Assembly (NCBI RefSeq): GCF_004010195.1
Contig: NC_057718.1
Coordinates: forward strand, 61,094,233-61,158,232
DNA length: 64,000 nt
Direction of reading: 5' to 3'
Origin: Chiloscyllium plagiosum
Taxonomy: Eukaryota
Shown: positions 36,945 through 50,493 of the stretch, in pieces
How the letters are laid out: the number at the start of each line of letters is the position of its first letter
Position numbering within the stretch: the stretch's first letter is position 1
The notes under the pieces: generated by a model
Told to the model about the DNA's origin: nothing
What the model saw: only the letters and a program-made list of their open reading frames with translations
Databases searched by the model: none
Program-made: the position numbers and the translations under genes

Positions 36945-39900
36945 TTTTTTAAAATTCATTTGTGAGATGTTGGCATCACTGGCTGGGCAGCATTTATCGC
37001 CCATCTCTAGTTACCCTTGAGAAGGTGGTGGTGAGCTGCCTTCTTGAACCGCTGCAATCCACCTGTTGTAGGTTGATCCACAATGCCATTAGGGAGGGAA
37101 TTTCAGGATTTTGACCCAGTGACAGTGAAGGAACGGCAATACATTTCCAAGTGAGGATATGAGTAACTTTATGGGGAAATTGAAGGTGGTTGTGTTCCCA
37201 TATATCTGCTACTCTTGTCCTTCCAGACAGAAACGATTGTGTTTGGAAGGTGCTGTCTGAGGATCTTTGGCAAATTTCTGCAGTTCATCTTGTAAATACT
37301 GCACACTGTTGTTACTGAGCGTCAGAGTAGGTGTTTATGGATGCCAGTCAAGTGGGCTGCTTTGTCCTTGATGGTGTCAAACTTCTTGAGTGTTGTTGGG
37401 GTTGCACTTATCCAGGTAAGTGGAGAGTACTCCATCACACTCCTGACTTGTGATTGTAGGTGGTGGATAGGCTGTGTGAAGTCAGGAGGTTTGTTAGTCA
37501 TCGCCGTATTCCCAGCCTCTGACCTGCTGTCTTGGCTGCTGTTTTTATATGGTGAGTCCAGTTGAGTTTCTGGTCAATGATAGCCCCAGTGACGTTCTTA
37601 GCGGGGAATTCAGTGATGTTAACACCATTGAGTGCCAAGGCGTGGTGGTTAGATGGTCTCTTATCGGTGATGGTTTTCGCCTGGCATTTGTGTGGTGCAA
37701 ATATTACTAGCCATTTGTCACCCAAAACCTGGATATTGTCCAGATCTTGTTGCATTTGAATGGGCCTAGTTCAGTATCTGAGGATTCGCGAATGGTGTTG
37801 AATATTGCGCAGTCATTGACAAACATCTCCATTCCTGACTATGACAGAAAGAATGCCATTGATGAAGCAGCTGAAGATGGTTCGGGGAAAGACATTACCC
37901 TGAGGAACTCCTGTAGAGATAGAACATAGAACAACATAGCACAGTACAGGCCCTTCTGCCCTTGATGCTGTACTGAACTTTTATGCTACTCTAAGATCAA
38001 ACTAACTACATAACTTTTATTTTACTATAACCCATGTGCCTATCCAAGAGTCACTCAAACGTCCCTAATGTATCTGACTCTACTACCACTGCTGGCAGTG
38101 CATTCCAAGCATCCACCACTCTCTGTGTAAAGAACCTATCTCTGACATCTCCCCTAAACCGTCCTCCAATTACTTTAAAATTATGCCCCCTTGCGATAGC
38201 CATTTCTGCTCTGGGAAAAGGTCTCTGCCTGTTCACTCTATCTAAACCTGTCATCATTTTGTACACCTCTATCAAGTCGTCTCTCACCCTTCTTCACTCC
38301 AATGAGAAAAGCCTTAGCTCCCACAAACTTTCTTCAAAGGATATGCCCTCAAATCCAGGCAGCATCCTGATAAATCTCCTCTGCACCCTCTCTAAAAGTT
38401 TCACTTACTCCCAATAATGAGACAACCAAAACTGAATGCAATATTCCAAGTGTGGTCTAAGCAGGGCTCTATAGAACTGCAGCATAATCTCACAGTTCTT
38501 AAACTCAATCTCCCTGCAAATGGAAGCCAACACACCATAATGCCACCTTAATAACCCTATCAACTTGGGTGGCAACTTTGAGGATCAATGACATGGACCT
38601 CAAAATCCCTCTGTTCCTCCACACTGCCAAGAGTCCTGCCTTTAACTCTGTATTCTGCATTCAAATTCAACCTTCCAAAATGAATCACTTCATTTGGACT
38701 CCATCTGCCACTTATCAGCCCAGTTCTGCATCCTGTCAATGACCTGTTGCAACCTACAACAGATACCCTGGAGCTGAGATAACCCGACCTCCAACAACCA
38801 CAACCATTCTGCTAATTGTGAGGTATGATTCTAATCATTGGAGAGTGCCCCCGATACCTACTGATTCCAGTCTTGCTAGGAATCCCTGATGCCACGTTCA
38901 GTCGAATGCAGCCTTGATGTCAAGGGCTGTCGCTGTCACCTCACATCTGGAATTCAGCTCTATTATCCATGTTTGACCCAAGGCTAAAATGAGATCAGGA
39001 GCTGAGTGACCCTGGCAGAACCTAACCTGAGTATCACTGAGCAGGTTATTTCTGAGCGGGTGCTGCTTGATGGTACTGTTGATGTCACCTTCCATCACTT
39101 TGCTGATGATCAAGAGTAGACTGATGGGGTGATAATTGGCTGGGTTGGATTTGTCCTGTTTTTTTTTATGTACAAGATATACTTGGGCAATTTTCCAGTG
39201 TTTACTGTACTGGAATAGGTTCTGGAGCAGTACTTCAGTACTTTTGCTGGAATGTTGTCAGGGCCTTTGTATCCAGTGTCTCCAACCATTTCTTGATATC
39301 ATATGGAGTGAATGAAATTGGCTGAAGTCTGGTATCTGCAATGCTGGGGAGCACTGGAGGTGGCAGAACTTGGCAATTCTGGCTGAAGATTGCTGCAAAA
39401 GCTACAGCCTTATCTTTTGCACTGATGTGCCGGGTTCTTCCATCATTGAGGATAAGGGTATTTATGGAGCCTCTTTCTCCACAGAGTTGTTTAATCATCT
39501 ACCACCATGCACAATTGGATGTAGCATGACTGCAGAGCTTACATCTGATCCGTTGGTTGAGGGATCTCTATCACTTGCTGCTCGTGCCATTTGGCATGCA
39601 AGTAATCTGATTTAGTGGCTTCACCAGGTTGACACCTCATCTTCAGGTGGTGCTCCAGGCATATCCTACTGCACTCTCCACTGAACCAGTGTTGATCTTC
39701 TGGCTTAATTGTAATAGTTGAGTGGGGGATATGCTGAACCATGAGGATACAGATTGTCCTGGAGTACAGTTCTGCTGCTATATATGTCCCACAACACCTC
39801 ATGCATGCCCAGTCTTGAGTTGATAGGTCTGTTTGATTTCTGTCCCATTTAGGACAGTGATAGTGCCACACAATATGATGGAGATTATTTCCAATGTGAA

Positions 39901-40787
39901 TGCAGGATTTTGTCTCCACAAGGACCGTGCGGCAGTCACTCTTAATGATACTGTCATGGACAGCTGCATCTGCTGCTGGCAGATTGCGAAGAGTGAGGTA
40001 AAGTATGTCTTTCCCGCTTGTGGATCCCGCACCACCTGCCACTGATCCAGTCAAGCAGCTAGGTCCTTTAGGACCTGACCAGCTCATTCAGTAGTACTGC
40101 TGCTGAGCCACATTTGGTGGTGGGCATTGAAATCCCTCACCCAAAGTACTTTCTGTGCCCTTGTCATCCTCAGTGCTTCCTACAAGTGTTGTTCAATATG
40201 GAGGAACATCGATTCATCAGCTGAGGGAGGATGGAACATGATAATTAGCAAGCGGTTTCCTTGCCTATGTTTAACCTGAAGCCATGAGACTTCGTGGGGT
40301 CCAGACTCAATGTTGAGGACTCGCATGGAAACTTCCTCCTGACTGTAAACCACTGTGCTGGCACTTCTGCCGGGTCTGTCTTGCCGGTGGGATGGGATAT
40401 ATCCTTGGATGGTGATGGTGGTGCCTGGGACATTGGCTGCAAGGTATGATTGCATGAGTGTGATAATGTCAGGCTGTTGCTTGCTTGACTAGTCAGTGAG
40501 ACAGCTCTCTAAAGTTTGGCACAAGTCACCAGATGTTAGTAAGAAGGACTTTGCAGGGTCGACAGAGCTTTTTCTGTCATTGTCTTTTCCAGTGCCTCGG
40601 TAGATGCCAGGTGATCTCTCCGGTTTCATTTCTTTGAGACTTTGTCATGATTGGTGCAACTGAATGTCTTGCAAGGTCATTTCAGGGGCAACTGAGAGCC
40701 AACCACATTGCTGTGGGTCAGGAGTCACATGTAGGCCAGATCAAGTGAGGATGGCAGATCTCCTTCCCTGGAAGGACATTAATGAAC
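36945..40787 (-). mobile_element. CR1-group 'LINE-B': APE-RT ORF, no ORF1 visible, 5' end shared with the SINE body
   Basis: APE start LLTNIW..V...KQQPDIITLMQSYL at ~40550-40440; ALDIKAAFD; MQQDLDNIQVLGDKWLVIFAPHKCQ; tail 'caagggtaactagagatggg...aatgaat'. Confidence 0.85.
37918..38760 (-). mobile_element. CR1 3' fragment nested in LINE-B
   Basis: ORF 38051..38287 'MRDDLIEVYKMMTGLDRVNRQ...VVDAWNALP'. Confidence 0.9.
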
Positions 40788-40809
40788 CTTGTAATAATCT
40801 CTCTCATAT

Positions 40810-41986
40810 AAATAAAAATTTACTCACTGATGCTCAGTTTGGTAATTGTGCTCTGTCTTTATTATATACTTGTCTCAAGTATGGACAAAAGAGCTGAATT
40901 GCAGAAGAGAGGAGAGGATGACTGCCCTTGTCAATAAGGTAGCTTTTACAGACTGTGATATGAAGGAGTCCTAGCAAACAATGATCTACAGAAATCAGAT
41001 GGAAAACTCTCTGCTGGTTGGAGTCATACCTGGCACATAGGAAGCTGGCTGTGGCTGTTGGCAGTCAGTCATCTCCACTCTGAAACATCCCTCCAGGAAT
41101 TGCTCATCACAGTGTCTTTGGCCTGGCCCTTTTCAGCTGGTTCATAAATGATCGTCTACCATCAGAAGGTCAGTAGTGGCGATGTTCGCTGACATTTGCA
41201 CAATGTTCAGCACTGTTCATGACTCGTCCGAGTCTGAAACAGTCCATGATCAAATGCCGCAAGACCCCGACAATATGGGCTGAGAAGTGGCAAGTAACAG
41301 TTGTGCCACCCAAATGCCGGATAATGACCATCACCAACAAAAAGAAAATCTTGTCAGCGCCCCTTGAAAGTCAATGGTATTGCCACTGCTAACTCCCCAC
41401 CATCAACATCTTAGACATTACCATTGACCAGAAAGTGAATCAGACCAGCCATATAAACACTGTCGCTTTCAGACTCTAGGAATATTGTGGCAGCAACTCA
41501 CTTCCTAATTCCCCAAAGCCTGTGCACATCAACAGAGCACAAGTGAGGAGTATAGTGGGGTATTTCCCATTTGCCTGGGTGGGTGCAGCACCCACAACAC
41601 TAAATCAACCTGACACGATCCAGGAAAAAGCAGACTATTTGATTGGGACTACATCCACAAACATCCACTGCCTCCACCTGGTAGCAGCCATGTATATGAT
41701 CTACAGATGGACTGCAAGAATATACCAAAGCTCCTTAATTGGTATATTCTATACCTGTGACCACCACCAGCTGGAAAGACAAGAGCAGCAGTTACATGGG
41801 AACATCGCCTCCTGAAAGTTCCTATCCAAGCCACTTACTGTCCTGACTTGGAAATATATCGCCGTTCCTTCAGTATCCCTGGGTCAATATCCTAGAACTC
41901 CCTAACAGCATTGTGGGTCTCACTACACCACATGGACTTTCAAGAAGGCTGCTCCCAAACACCTTTTCAAGGGCAACTAGGAATGG
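40810..41986 (+). mobile_element. LINE-B RT-to-3' fragment
   Basis: WLESYLAHRK, MFADICTMF, QVRSIVGYFPFAWVGAAPTTL; tail 'caagggcaactaggaatggg'. Confidence 0.85.
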
Positions 41987-42640
41987 GCGGCATTTGGTAT
42001 GTTTTCCTTTATTGGTCAGAGTATTGAGTATAGGAGTTGGGAGGTCATGTTGTGGCTGTACAGGACATTGGTTAGGCCACTTTTGGAATATTGTATGCAA
42101 TTCTGGTCTCCTTCCTATCGGAAAGATGTTGTGAAACTTGAAAGGGTTCAGAAAAGATTTGCAAGGATGTTGCCACGGTTGGAGGATTTGAGTATAGGGA
42201 GAGGCTGAACAGGGTGTGGCTGTTTTCCCTGGAGCGTCGGAGGCTGAGGGGTGACCTTATAGAGGTTTACAAAATTATGAGGGGCATGGATAGGGTAAAT
42301 AGGCAAAGTCTTTTCCCTGGGATCGGGGACTCCAGAACTAGAGGGCATAGGTTTAGGGTGAGAGGGCAAAGATATAAAAAAGACGTAAGGGGCAACCTTT
42401 TCACACAGAAGGTGGTACATGTATGGAATGAGCTGCCAGAGGAAGTGGTGGAAACTGGTACAATTGCAACATTTGAGAGGCATTTGGATGGGTATATGAA
42501 TACGAAGGATTTGGAGGGATATGGGCTGGGTGCTAGCAGGTGGGAATAGATTGGGTTGGGATATCTGGTCGGCATGGACAGGTTGGACCAAAGGGTCTGT
42601 TTCCATGCTGTACATCTCTATGACTCTATGACTCTATGAC
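41987..42640 (+). mobile_element. CR1 3' fragment (relatively young)
   Basis: 'LYRTLVRPLLEYCMQFWSP'; (ctatga)n tail. Confidence 0.92.
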
Positions 42641-43963
42641 TTGACCAGGCATTAAAGCCTATAAAACCTGAATGATTTTTTTTAAAAATTGGGTGGATTC
42701 AGACAGGGAACAAAGATATTTTGAGAGAAGAGCCCAAAGCTATAATTGTAGAGACAGAATCTTAGGACACTTGTGAAGATGATAAACTGAGGTGATTAGG
42801 GAATAGAGTTCCAGGAATCAGGGCATAATTTCTTTGTGTATGACCAGAATCTCAATGTTGAAGCTGGATTGGATGAAGGCTATGGCAGATAACTTGGAAA
42901 GGATTTACCAAATATACTGGAATACAATGAAGGAAGATATTGAAAAAGAGGAGAGTTATGAAGTTAATTTAGTGCAGAATAAGCAGCTAGTGAAGCTCCA
43001 AGATTTTAGACATAATGAATAAACAGGACATTTTCGGGATAAAGCACAGTCTGGATTCTGGATTAGTTTATGTGTGTAAAGGAAGGAGTCATGGGGGTCA
43101 GTGAGAAGAGCATTGAAAAGGTGCTGAAGTTAGGGTAAAAGATCGAGTAGCCTTAAGCAGGGTAATGTGGAACCAAGTGTTATTAATGAAAGATTGATCA
43201 ATTAGTAAAAAATTCAACTCAACCTGAAGGGGAATATTGAGGAAATGCAGCCCTGGTTGCAGTCAAGGAGAGAAACCAGTGTCTTAGTACAATTAGCTCG
43301 AAGGCATTAATCCATATTTCAGTCTATTTTGATTCTGTAGACTGTACATTATGTTATAGCCTCCTTCCACAGCATGATATTTACTGGGAAATAATAACAA
43401 TTTAATGCTGTTTTCTTTATCACAATTAGACAAAAGAGAGAAAATTATTTTGCAAAATAGTGAAACAAACAATTAATTATAATTTACCTTATGTATATCC
43501 AGGGTCCAAATGACATATCTTATCCAGGATCCATTTTGGTTAAAGTCAACAATATAATGGTATACTATGAAAATACTTTCATACTCTCAGACTCGTATTG
43601 CAATATGCACTTTGATTAGAGCTATACCAGTAACTTGTTTAAATTTTTTTATTTCAAGTACAGTATCTAATTTCAGCAATAAAAGCTCAAACATCATGAT
43701 TAATTAGAATCGTTCATGTCAGGGAGTGGAATTCAGTTTTGTTTCATTTGTTTGAGAGTCCTAGATATGGCCTTAAGCAAGGCTCATACCAATGTCACTC
43801 TAAATTATACAATCGTTTTCATCATTAAAGTAAAAGGCACATTCCAGTCTTTAATTTGACATAATATTTGCTTACGCATCATACTTTGTAATATATTGAA
43901 ACATTGTAGCATCTAGTAGTTTACATTAACACACTAGAATATTTTTCAGCTTTGCAAAACAGT

Positions 43964-44296
43964 TGTTGTGGTTCTGTTCGCCGAGCTGGGAATTTGTGTT
44001 GCAGACGTTTCGTCCCCTGTCTAGGTGACATCCTCAGTGCTTGGGAGCCTCTGTGAAGTGCTTCTGTGATGTTTCCTCTGGCATTTATAGTGGTTTGTCT
44101 CTGCCACTTCCGGTTGTCAGTTCCAGCTGTCCGCTGCAGTGGCCGGTATATTGGGTCCAGCTCGATGTGTTTGTTGATAGAATCTGTGGATGAGTGCCAT
44201 GCCTCTAGGAATTCCCTGGCTGTCTGCAACACAAATTCCCAGCTCGGCAAACAGAACCACAACAACGAACACCCGAGCTACAAATCTTCTCGCAAA
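43964..44296 (-). mobile_element. PLE family 2 insert with inverted terminal segment
   Basis: GIY-YIG C-terminus 'AREFLEAWHSSTDSINKHIELDPIYRPL'; inversion at ~44222; 14-bp TSD ctttgcaaaacagt (43950-43963, 44297-44310). Confidence 0.92.
44001..44040 (-). ncRNA. Minimal hammerhead ribozyme (PLE family 2), core intact
   Basis: GCA-CUGAGGA-U-GUCACCU-agac-AGGGGAC-GAAAC-GUC-UGC. Confidence 0.85.
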
Positions 44297-44407
44297 CTTT
44301 GCAAAACAGTGTAACACAGACCACCATGACTTCAGAGGAAGTGACATTAGGTCACATGACACCCAGTGCAATAAAGTCATGCAAGAATTTCTCCTTGATC
44401 TAAGTAA

Positions 44408-44770
44408 TTTCTATCAACCTGTTGTGAAGCATTTCCCAGAATAACCGGCCCCAGAGGCGGGGACACTACCACTATACCACAAGAGATCTACCTTGATCAG
44501 TACAGACTCTTGTGGTACAACGTTAGCATCCCAAATTCTGAACGAGGACGCCCAGGTTCAAGTCCCAATTACTCCAGAAGTCTAGAATAACATGTCCGAT
44601 AAGGTTGATTAAAAATGTGTACAGTACCGTGATGTTTTTAAAAAGTATAATTGAAATAGTGGAGTCTTGTGGTGCAGTGGTAGTGTCCCTACCTCTGAGC
44701 CAGAAGGTCTGTGTTCAAGTGACACCTGCTCGAAATCTGTGCCATAACATATTCGACAGGTTGATTATCG
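44408..44770. repeat. Three short tRNA-derived units (one minus ~44408-44490; two plus ~44505-44615 and ~44660-44770)
   Basis: Shared 'tcttgtggt...' start and 'aggttgat' end; B-box-like gttcaagt in the plus copies. Confidence 0.65.
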
Positions 44771-45168
44771 TAATTGTAATTGGGACAGTTTGATAAACAG
44801 ATCCGCACCCACATCCATGTCTGAGCAGGGTGGCAGCAGTAAAAACAAAACAAGCTTTCCTTGAAGCAATGGGAACAGTACTTGGCAAAGTCTAACACTG
44901 GTATGTAAATGTAAAAGAAAGGTCATGTTCTGACACTAAATCAGATAAGAGAACTAAAGAGCATTAGCACGGCAAAAGGGGGAGAAACAGGAGCAGACAC
45001 GAAAGAAATGAGTGAAGGAGACTACGACAGATAGTTTCAGGTGAAGATCAATGAACCATAAGGGGAAAACCAGCAGAAACAGAACAGAGAGGCTTCAGCA
45101 GTGAGTGAGATATCAAAGCAACCACACCCCAGCAGTAAGCGAGACTGGCAAGCACAGAGAGGACAGAG

Positions 45169-45384
45169 GAGAAAGTGAGATCTGCAGATGCTGGAGATCA
45201 GAGATGGAAATGTGTTGCTGGAAAAGCGCAGCAGGTCAGGCAGCATCTAGGGAACAGGAGAATCGATGTTTCGGGCATGAGCCCTTCTTCAGGAATGAGA
45301 AGGGCTCACGCCCGAAACATCGATTCTCCTGCTCCTTGGATGCTGCCTGACCTGCTGCGCTTTTCCAGAAACACATTTTCAGCT
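45169..45384. mobile_element. Fold-back PLE family 1 insert
   Basis: ~45207-45288 inverted against ~45298-45380; near-intact minus hammerhead at ~45261-45297 (AUC site). Confidence 0.88.
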
Positions 45385-46541
45385 GGGAACTGGTGGAGCC
45401 TCGTCAGACCATGTGAAAGGCTTTATAGGAAGACTGTAATGTCTATCTTTTTAGCTTTATTTCTTATTTTCCTAATTTGTACAGTATATATCTGTGATGT
45501 TGTGTAACAGATTTCCTTTATTTTCTCTATTTTCTGTATCTGAGATCTGTACCTCGGTACTTTGTACCTAAGATGGCACCATGTGTGGCTGACAGTGTAC
45601 AGGCATGAGTCACTGCTATTGCTGGAATGAAAGTCTCCAATCTTCAACACCATCTCACCTCCACATGCCCTCGCCACTATGAGTCTTCACTGACCTCGCC
45701 AATGCAGGTGCCACTGATGCTGCCGGGTACCGCACCAGCCCAAACTCAACACCTTCCTGTACTCAGACATTCCTAGACAGTGTTATCCAGTCTTACCTGG
45801 GCAGAGTTCATGTGCTGCAGTCTCCTCCATGAATTCACAACAGTCTCAGGGAACTCCGAAAGCTGGTCATATATCCACCACTTCTCCAAGAACCCATCCA
45901 AACTGTCGCTCCTGAGGCCCTTCTTCACTGTCCTGTGACTGCCTTCTCTCTTCTGAGGATGAGTGTCTGCCTCAGACACCCACTCCTGCTCATTGCTGCT
46001 GTACACCTCACCAAGTCTTAATTATTCTCATCCTGCAGTTTAGGTGCTAGCGTCTGCACTGGGGCATTATCAGAGGTGACACTTCATCCTTGGCAACACA
46101 TCTTCCTATTCTTGGCTGAGGGTTCTCGAGATGGCCAGTATGGCCGAGGACAACTCACTCCTGTGTGAGACACAAGAGGAAATGATCAGTGTCCTCCATG
46201 GAGATACTGAAGGCTCTGCAATTCTAAAGCTTCCACATTACTCAGGGCTCAGCACACTTTCTGACCATGGGTCATGCAGTTCCAGCAGCCTCCTCTGAAC
46301 TACACATGAATAGGTCTCCTCAAGGCCACTGCACCTTTATCATTCCCTACTTGTTCCTCCTGGGGGATCCTAGCTAGCTCCACAGTCATGTCTTCCACTG
46401 GTCTGACTGTCATTAGAAGCAATGGAATGGACAGTCTGAGCCCACTTCTCTTGCAAAGGCAAGAACACAAAGCTTTGCTGTCCTTTGGCAGCACCTCCGC
46501 AATGTCACTACCAGCAGGTTGTCATGCTTACCTATCCCAGT

Positions 46542-46690
46542 CGAAAATGTAGCGCTGAAAAAGCACGGCAGGTCAAGCAACATCCGAGGAGCAGAGGAGC
46601 CTTCCCAAAATGTCGACTGCCTGACCTGCTGTGCTTTTCCAGCACCACACTTTTCAACTCTGATCTCCAGCATCTGCGGTCCTCACTTGC
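46542..46690. mobile_element. Fold-back PLE family 1 insert, internally deleted
   Basis: 13-bp TSD tacctatcccagt (46529-46541, 46691-46703); inverted arms. Confidence 0.85.
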
Positions 46691-46977
46691 TACCTATCCC
46701 AGTGAATACTATACCTCACAGATTCTCCAAGGGCTAATGGTGAGTGTACTGCACGCACATCCCAAGTTGAGGACTCTCTGTCCCTCCACCTCCTCAGTAG
46801 CTGATATACCTAAACACCTGACCTATCAACTTTCTAGACTGCAAACATTTATCCAACCTCTTACAGGAACATTCCTGTAATATGAGAAGCTCTGGGCTAC
46901 ATATTTGTAGTGGGAACCTCATGTGAAAGCCTGCAACCCCCATTTGTGCTTGGAGCCAGGCAATCACGTAATGGCTT

Positions 46978-47130
46978 CTGGAGGTGCCGGTATTGGATGG
47001 GGTGGACAAGGTCAGAAGTTACACAACAACAGGCTATAGTCCAACAGGTTTATTTGATATCACAAGTTTTCAGAGTACTGCTCCTTCGTCAGATCGAGTG
47101 ATGAAGGAGCAGCTTGTGACTTCTGACCTT
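46978..47130 (-). mobile_element. PLE family 3 terminal fragment with decayed hammerhead and short inverted end
   Basis: Minus CUGACGA-A-GGAG-cagua-CUCU-GAAA at ~47062-47092; 'aaggtcagaagt' inverted at both sides. Confidence 0.65.
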
Positions 47131-47722
47131 GGCTTCCTGTTGTGTGTGAAGGTAATCAAGATGCAGACATGATTGGATGTCTCATGTCTAGTGGAGGATG
47201 AGAGGTCGGAGTTCACCAAGGTATTGTACATTTGGTAGCCTCACATCCTTAGCTTGGTGATGTAGGATTATTGAGAGAAGCTTTTTTATTCAGGTGGCAA
47301 CATGGCCACAAGCTGACCAGCACGCACAGCTTTATTGATAACTGCAAATACCAGTCTGCGTAGAAATAGTTAATGCTCACCAGTTCATTTGTGAAGGAGC
47401 TCAAGTCAGCAAAAGTGAAGATGCAGAGGTCTAAAAGCTGCACATTTTAAACAATTATGCAAGGCTAGTTTACAGAAGATGTTCAAAGGGGGAACAACAC
47501 AAACTGGTTCCTCAGCAATGATTTAAACTTTTGTGAAACGTTGCTGGCCAGCATGACAACAGAGATGCAAAATGGAGAACCACAATGGGGACAGAGTTGG
47601 ATCTTAATCAGCATATTATACACTCCAGGAGAAAGTGAGGACTACAGATGCTGGAGTACCAGAGTTGAAAAATGTGGTGCTGGAAAAACATAGCAGGACA
47701 GGCAGGATCCGAGGAGCAGGAG

Positions 47723-47758
47723 AATCGACGTTTCGGGCATTAGCCCTTCTTCAGGAAT
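47723..47758 (-). ncRNA. Minimal hammerhead ribozyme (PLE family 1), core intact
   Basis: AUUC-CUGAAGA-A-GGGC-uaau-GCCC-GAAAC-GUC-GAUU. Confidence 0.85.
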
Positions 47759-47908
47759 GAGGCTGGTGTGCCAAGCGGGCTGAGATAAAAGGTAGTGAGG
47801 AGGGACTTGGGAGAGGGGCGCTGGGAATACGATAGGTGGAAGGAGGTGAGGGTGAAGGTGATAGGCTGGAGAGGGGGTTGGGGCGGAGAGGTTGGGAAGA
47901 AGATTGCA

Positions 47909-48241
47909 NNNNNNNNNNNNNNNNNNNNNNNNNNNNNNNNNNNNNNNNNNNNNNNNNNNNNNNNNNNNNNNNNNNNNNNNNNNNNNNNNNNNNNNNNNNN
48001 NNNNNNNNNNNNNNNNNNNNNNNNNNNNNNNNNNNNNNNNNNNNNNNNNNNNNNNNNNNNNNNNNNNNNNNNNNNNNNNNNNNNNNNNNNNNNNNNNNNN
48101 NNNNNNNNNNNNNNNNNNNNNNNNNNNNNNNNNNNNNNNNNNNNNNNNNNNNNNNNNNNNNNNNNNNNNNNNNNNNNNNNNNNNNNNNNNNNNNNNNNNN
48201 NNNNNNNNNNNNNNNNNNNNNNNNNNNNNNNNNNNNNNNNN
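47909..48241. other. Assembly gap (N run)
   Basis: 333 consecutive N. Confidence 1.
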
Positions 48242-49535
48242 AGGGAGTCGCGGAGGGAGTGGTCTCTCCTGAATGCTGATAGGGGAGGGGAGGGAAATAT
48301 ATCCCTGGTGGTGGGGTCTGTCTGGAGGTGGCGGAAATGACGGAGGATGATACGATGTATCCGGAGGTTGGTGGGGTGGTAGGTGAGGACCAGTGGGGTT
48401 CTGTCCTGGTTGCGATTGGAGGGGCGTGGCTCAAGGGCGGAGGTGCAGGAAGTGGAGGAGATGCGGTGGAGAGCGTCGTCGACCACGTTGGAGGAGAAAT
48501 TGCGGACTTTGAAGAAGGAGGCCATTTGAGTTGTTCATTAGTGGAATTGGTCCTCCTGAGAGCAGATGCAGCGGAGGCGGAGGAATTGGGAATATGGGAT
48601 GGCGTTTTTACAGGGGGCAGGGTGGGAGGAGGTCTAATCTAGGTAGCTGTGGGAGTCGGTCGGTTTGTAGTAAATGTCTGTGTTGAGTTGGTCGCCCGAG
48701 ATAGAAATGGAGAGGTCAAGGAAGGGGAGGGAGGAGTCTGAGACGGTCCAGGTAAATTTGAGGTCGGGGTGGAAGGTTTTAGTAAAGTAGATGAACTGTT
48801 CAACCTCCTCATGGCAGCACAGGGTAGCGCCAATACAATCATCGATGTAGCGGAGGAAAAGGTGGGGGGTGGTGCCAGTGTAGCTGCAGAAGATGGACTG
48901 TTCCACACATCCGACGAAGAGGCAGGCATAACTGGGGTCCATGCGGGTGCCCATGGTTACTCCTTTGGTTTGGAGGAAGTGGGAGGATTGGAAGGAGAAG
49001 TTGTTAAGAGTGAGGACCAGTTCAGTCAGTCGAAGGAGGGTGTCAGTGGAAGGGTACTGTTTGGGTCGGCGGGAGAGGAAGAAGCGATGGGCTTGGAGGC
49101 CTTCGTGATGGGGGATGGAAGTGTATAGGGACTGGATGTCCATTGTGAAGATAAGGCATTGGGGGGCGGGGAAGCCAAAAAATGGTGGAGGTGTAGGGTG
49201 TGGGTGGTGTCCCGAATGTAGGTGGGGGGTTCTTCGACTAAGGGGGACAGGGCAGTGTCGAGATATGCAGAGATGAGTTCGGTGGGGCAGGAGCAGGCTG
49301 AGACAATAGATCTGCCGGGGCAGTCGGGTTTGTGGATTTTGGGTAGGAGGTAGAAACAGGCAGTGCGGGGTTGTGGGACTATGAGGTCAGAGGCAGTGGA
49401 TGGGAGATCCCCTGAGGTGATGAGGTTATGGATGGTCTTGGAGATGATGGTTTGGTGGTGTGTGGTGGGGTCATGGTCAAGGGGGCAGTAGGAGGAGGTG
49501 TCCACGAGTTGGCGTCTAGCTTCAGCGGTGTAAAA

Positions 49536-49857
49536 ATTAGATTAGATTAGATTACTTACAGTGTGGAAACAGGCCCTTCGGCCCAACAAGTCCACATCGC
49601 CCCGCCGAAGCGCAACCCACCCATTCCCCTACATTTACCCCTTACCTAACACTACGGGAAATTTAGCATGGCTAATTCACCTGACCTGCACATCTTTGGA
49701 CTGTGGGAGGAAACCAGAGCACCTGGAGGAAACCCACGCAGACACGGGGAGAACATGCAAACTCCACACAGTCAGTCGCCTGAGGCGGGAATTGAACCCG
49801 GGCCTCTAATGCTGTGAGGCAGTAGTGCTAACCACTGTGCCACCGTGCCGCCCACTA
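49536..49857 (-). mobile_element. HE1-type V-SINE, full length, apparently young
   Basis: Head GGGCGGCACGGTGGCACAGTGGTTAGCACT, B box GGTTCAATTCC, CR1-type 3' end, (TCTAA)n tail; absent from the homologous site in the right arm. Confidence 0.92.
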
Positions 49858-50493
49858 ATCGGTGCGCCAAACTATCACAGCGCCTGCCTTGTCTGCTGGT
49901 TTGATGGTGAGGTTGGGGTTGGAGCGGAGGGAGTGGAGGGCTGTGTGTTGTGAGGGTGAGAGGTTGGAGTGGGTGAGAGGGATGGACAGGTTGAGGCGGT
50001 CAATGTCGCGGCAGCAATTGGCTATGAAGAGATCGAGGGCGGGTAAGAGGCCAGCACGGGGTGTCCAGGTGGTTGGGGTGTGTTGGAGGTGGGAGAAGGG
50101 ATCATCAGAGGGTGGGTGAGAGTCCTTGTTGAAGAAGCAGGTACGGAGGCGAAGGCGGCAGAAGAAATGCTCGATATCTAGCTGCGTGTCAAACGCATGG
50201 ATCCGGGAGCATAGGGGGATGAAGGTGACGCCTCTGCTGAGGACTGATCGTTCAACCTCAGAGAAGGGGAGGTCTGGAGGGATAGTGAAAATACGGCAGG
50301 GCTGAGGCTAGGACCTGGAGTGGGGCTGGAGCTGGGAGTGGGGGCGGAGTCGGTCATGGGGGCGAAGATTGACGTGGGGGCAGAGATCGACGTGAGGGAG
50401 GAGATCAATGTGGGGGTGGAGATTGACGAGGGGGCGGCGTGGTCCTTGAGCAGGTGAGTGGCGTCACTGAGGGTGGAAGTGGCTGCGGCGATG

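Larger units (their letters stand above)
47628..50493 (-). mobile_element. PLE family 1, left arm of palindrome (decayed RT ORF; GIY-YIG region falls in the N gap)
   Basis: FYLLPKIHKPDCPGRSIVS, MDIQSLYTSIPH, QTKGVTMGTRM, FLRYIDD, LPFLD, YYKPT. Confidence 0.95.

Noticed and set aside
40787..40810. Head-to-head LINE-B pieces as one twin-primed insertion
   Set aside because: Both pieces cover the same RT-to-3' region and each has its own tail, so two insertions are more likely.
47740..48525. Long ORFs up to 261 aa
   Set aside because: Length is inflated by the N gap.
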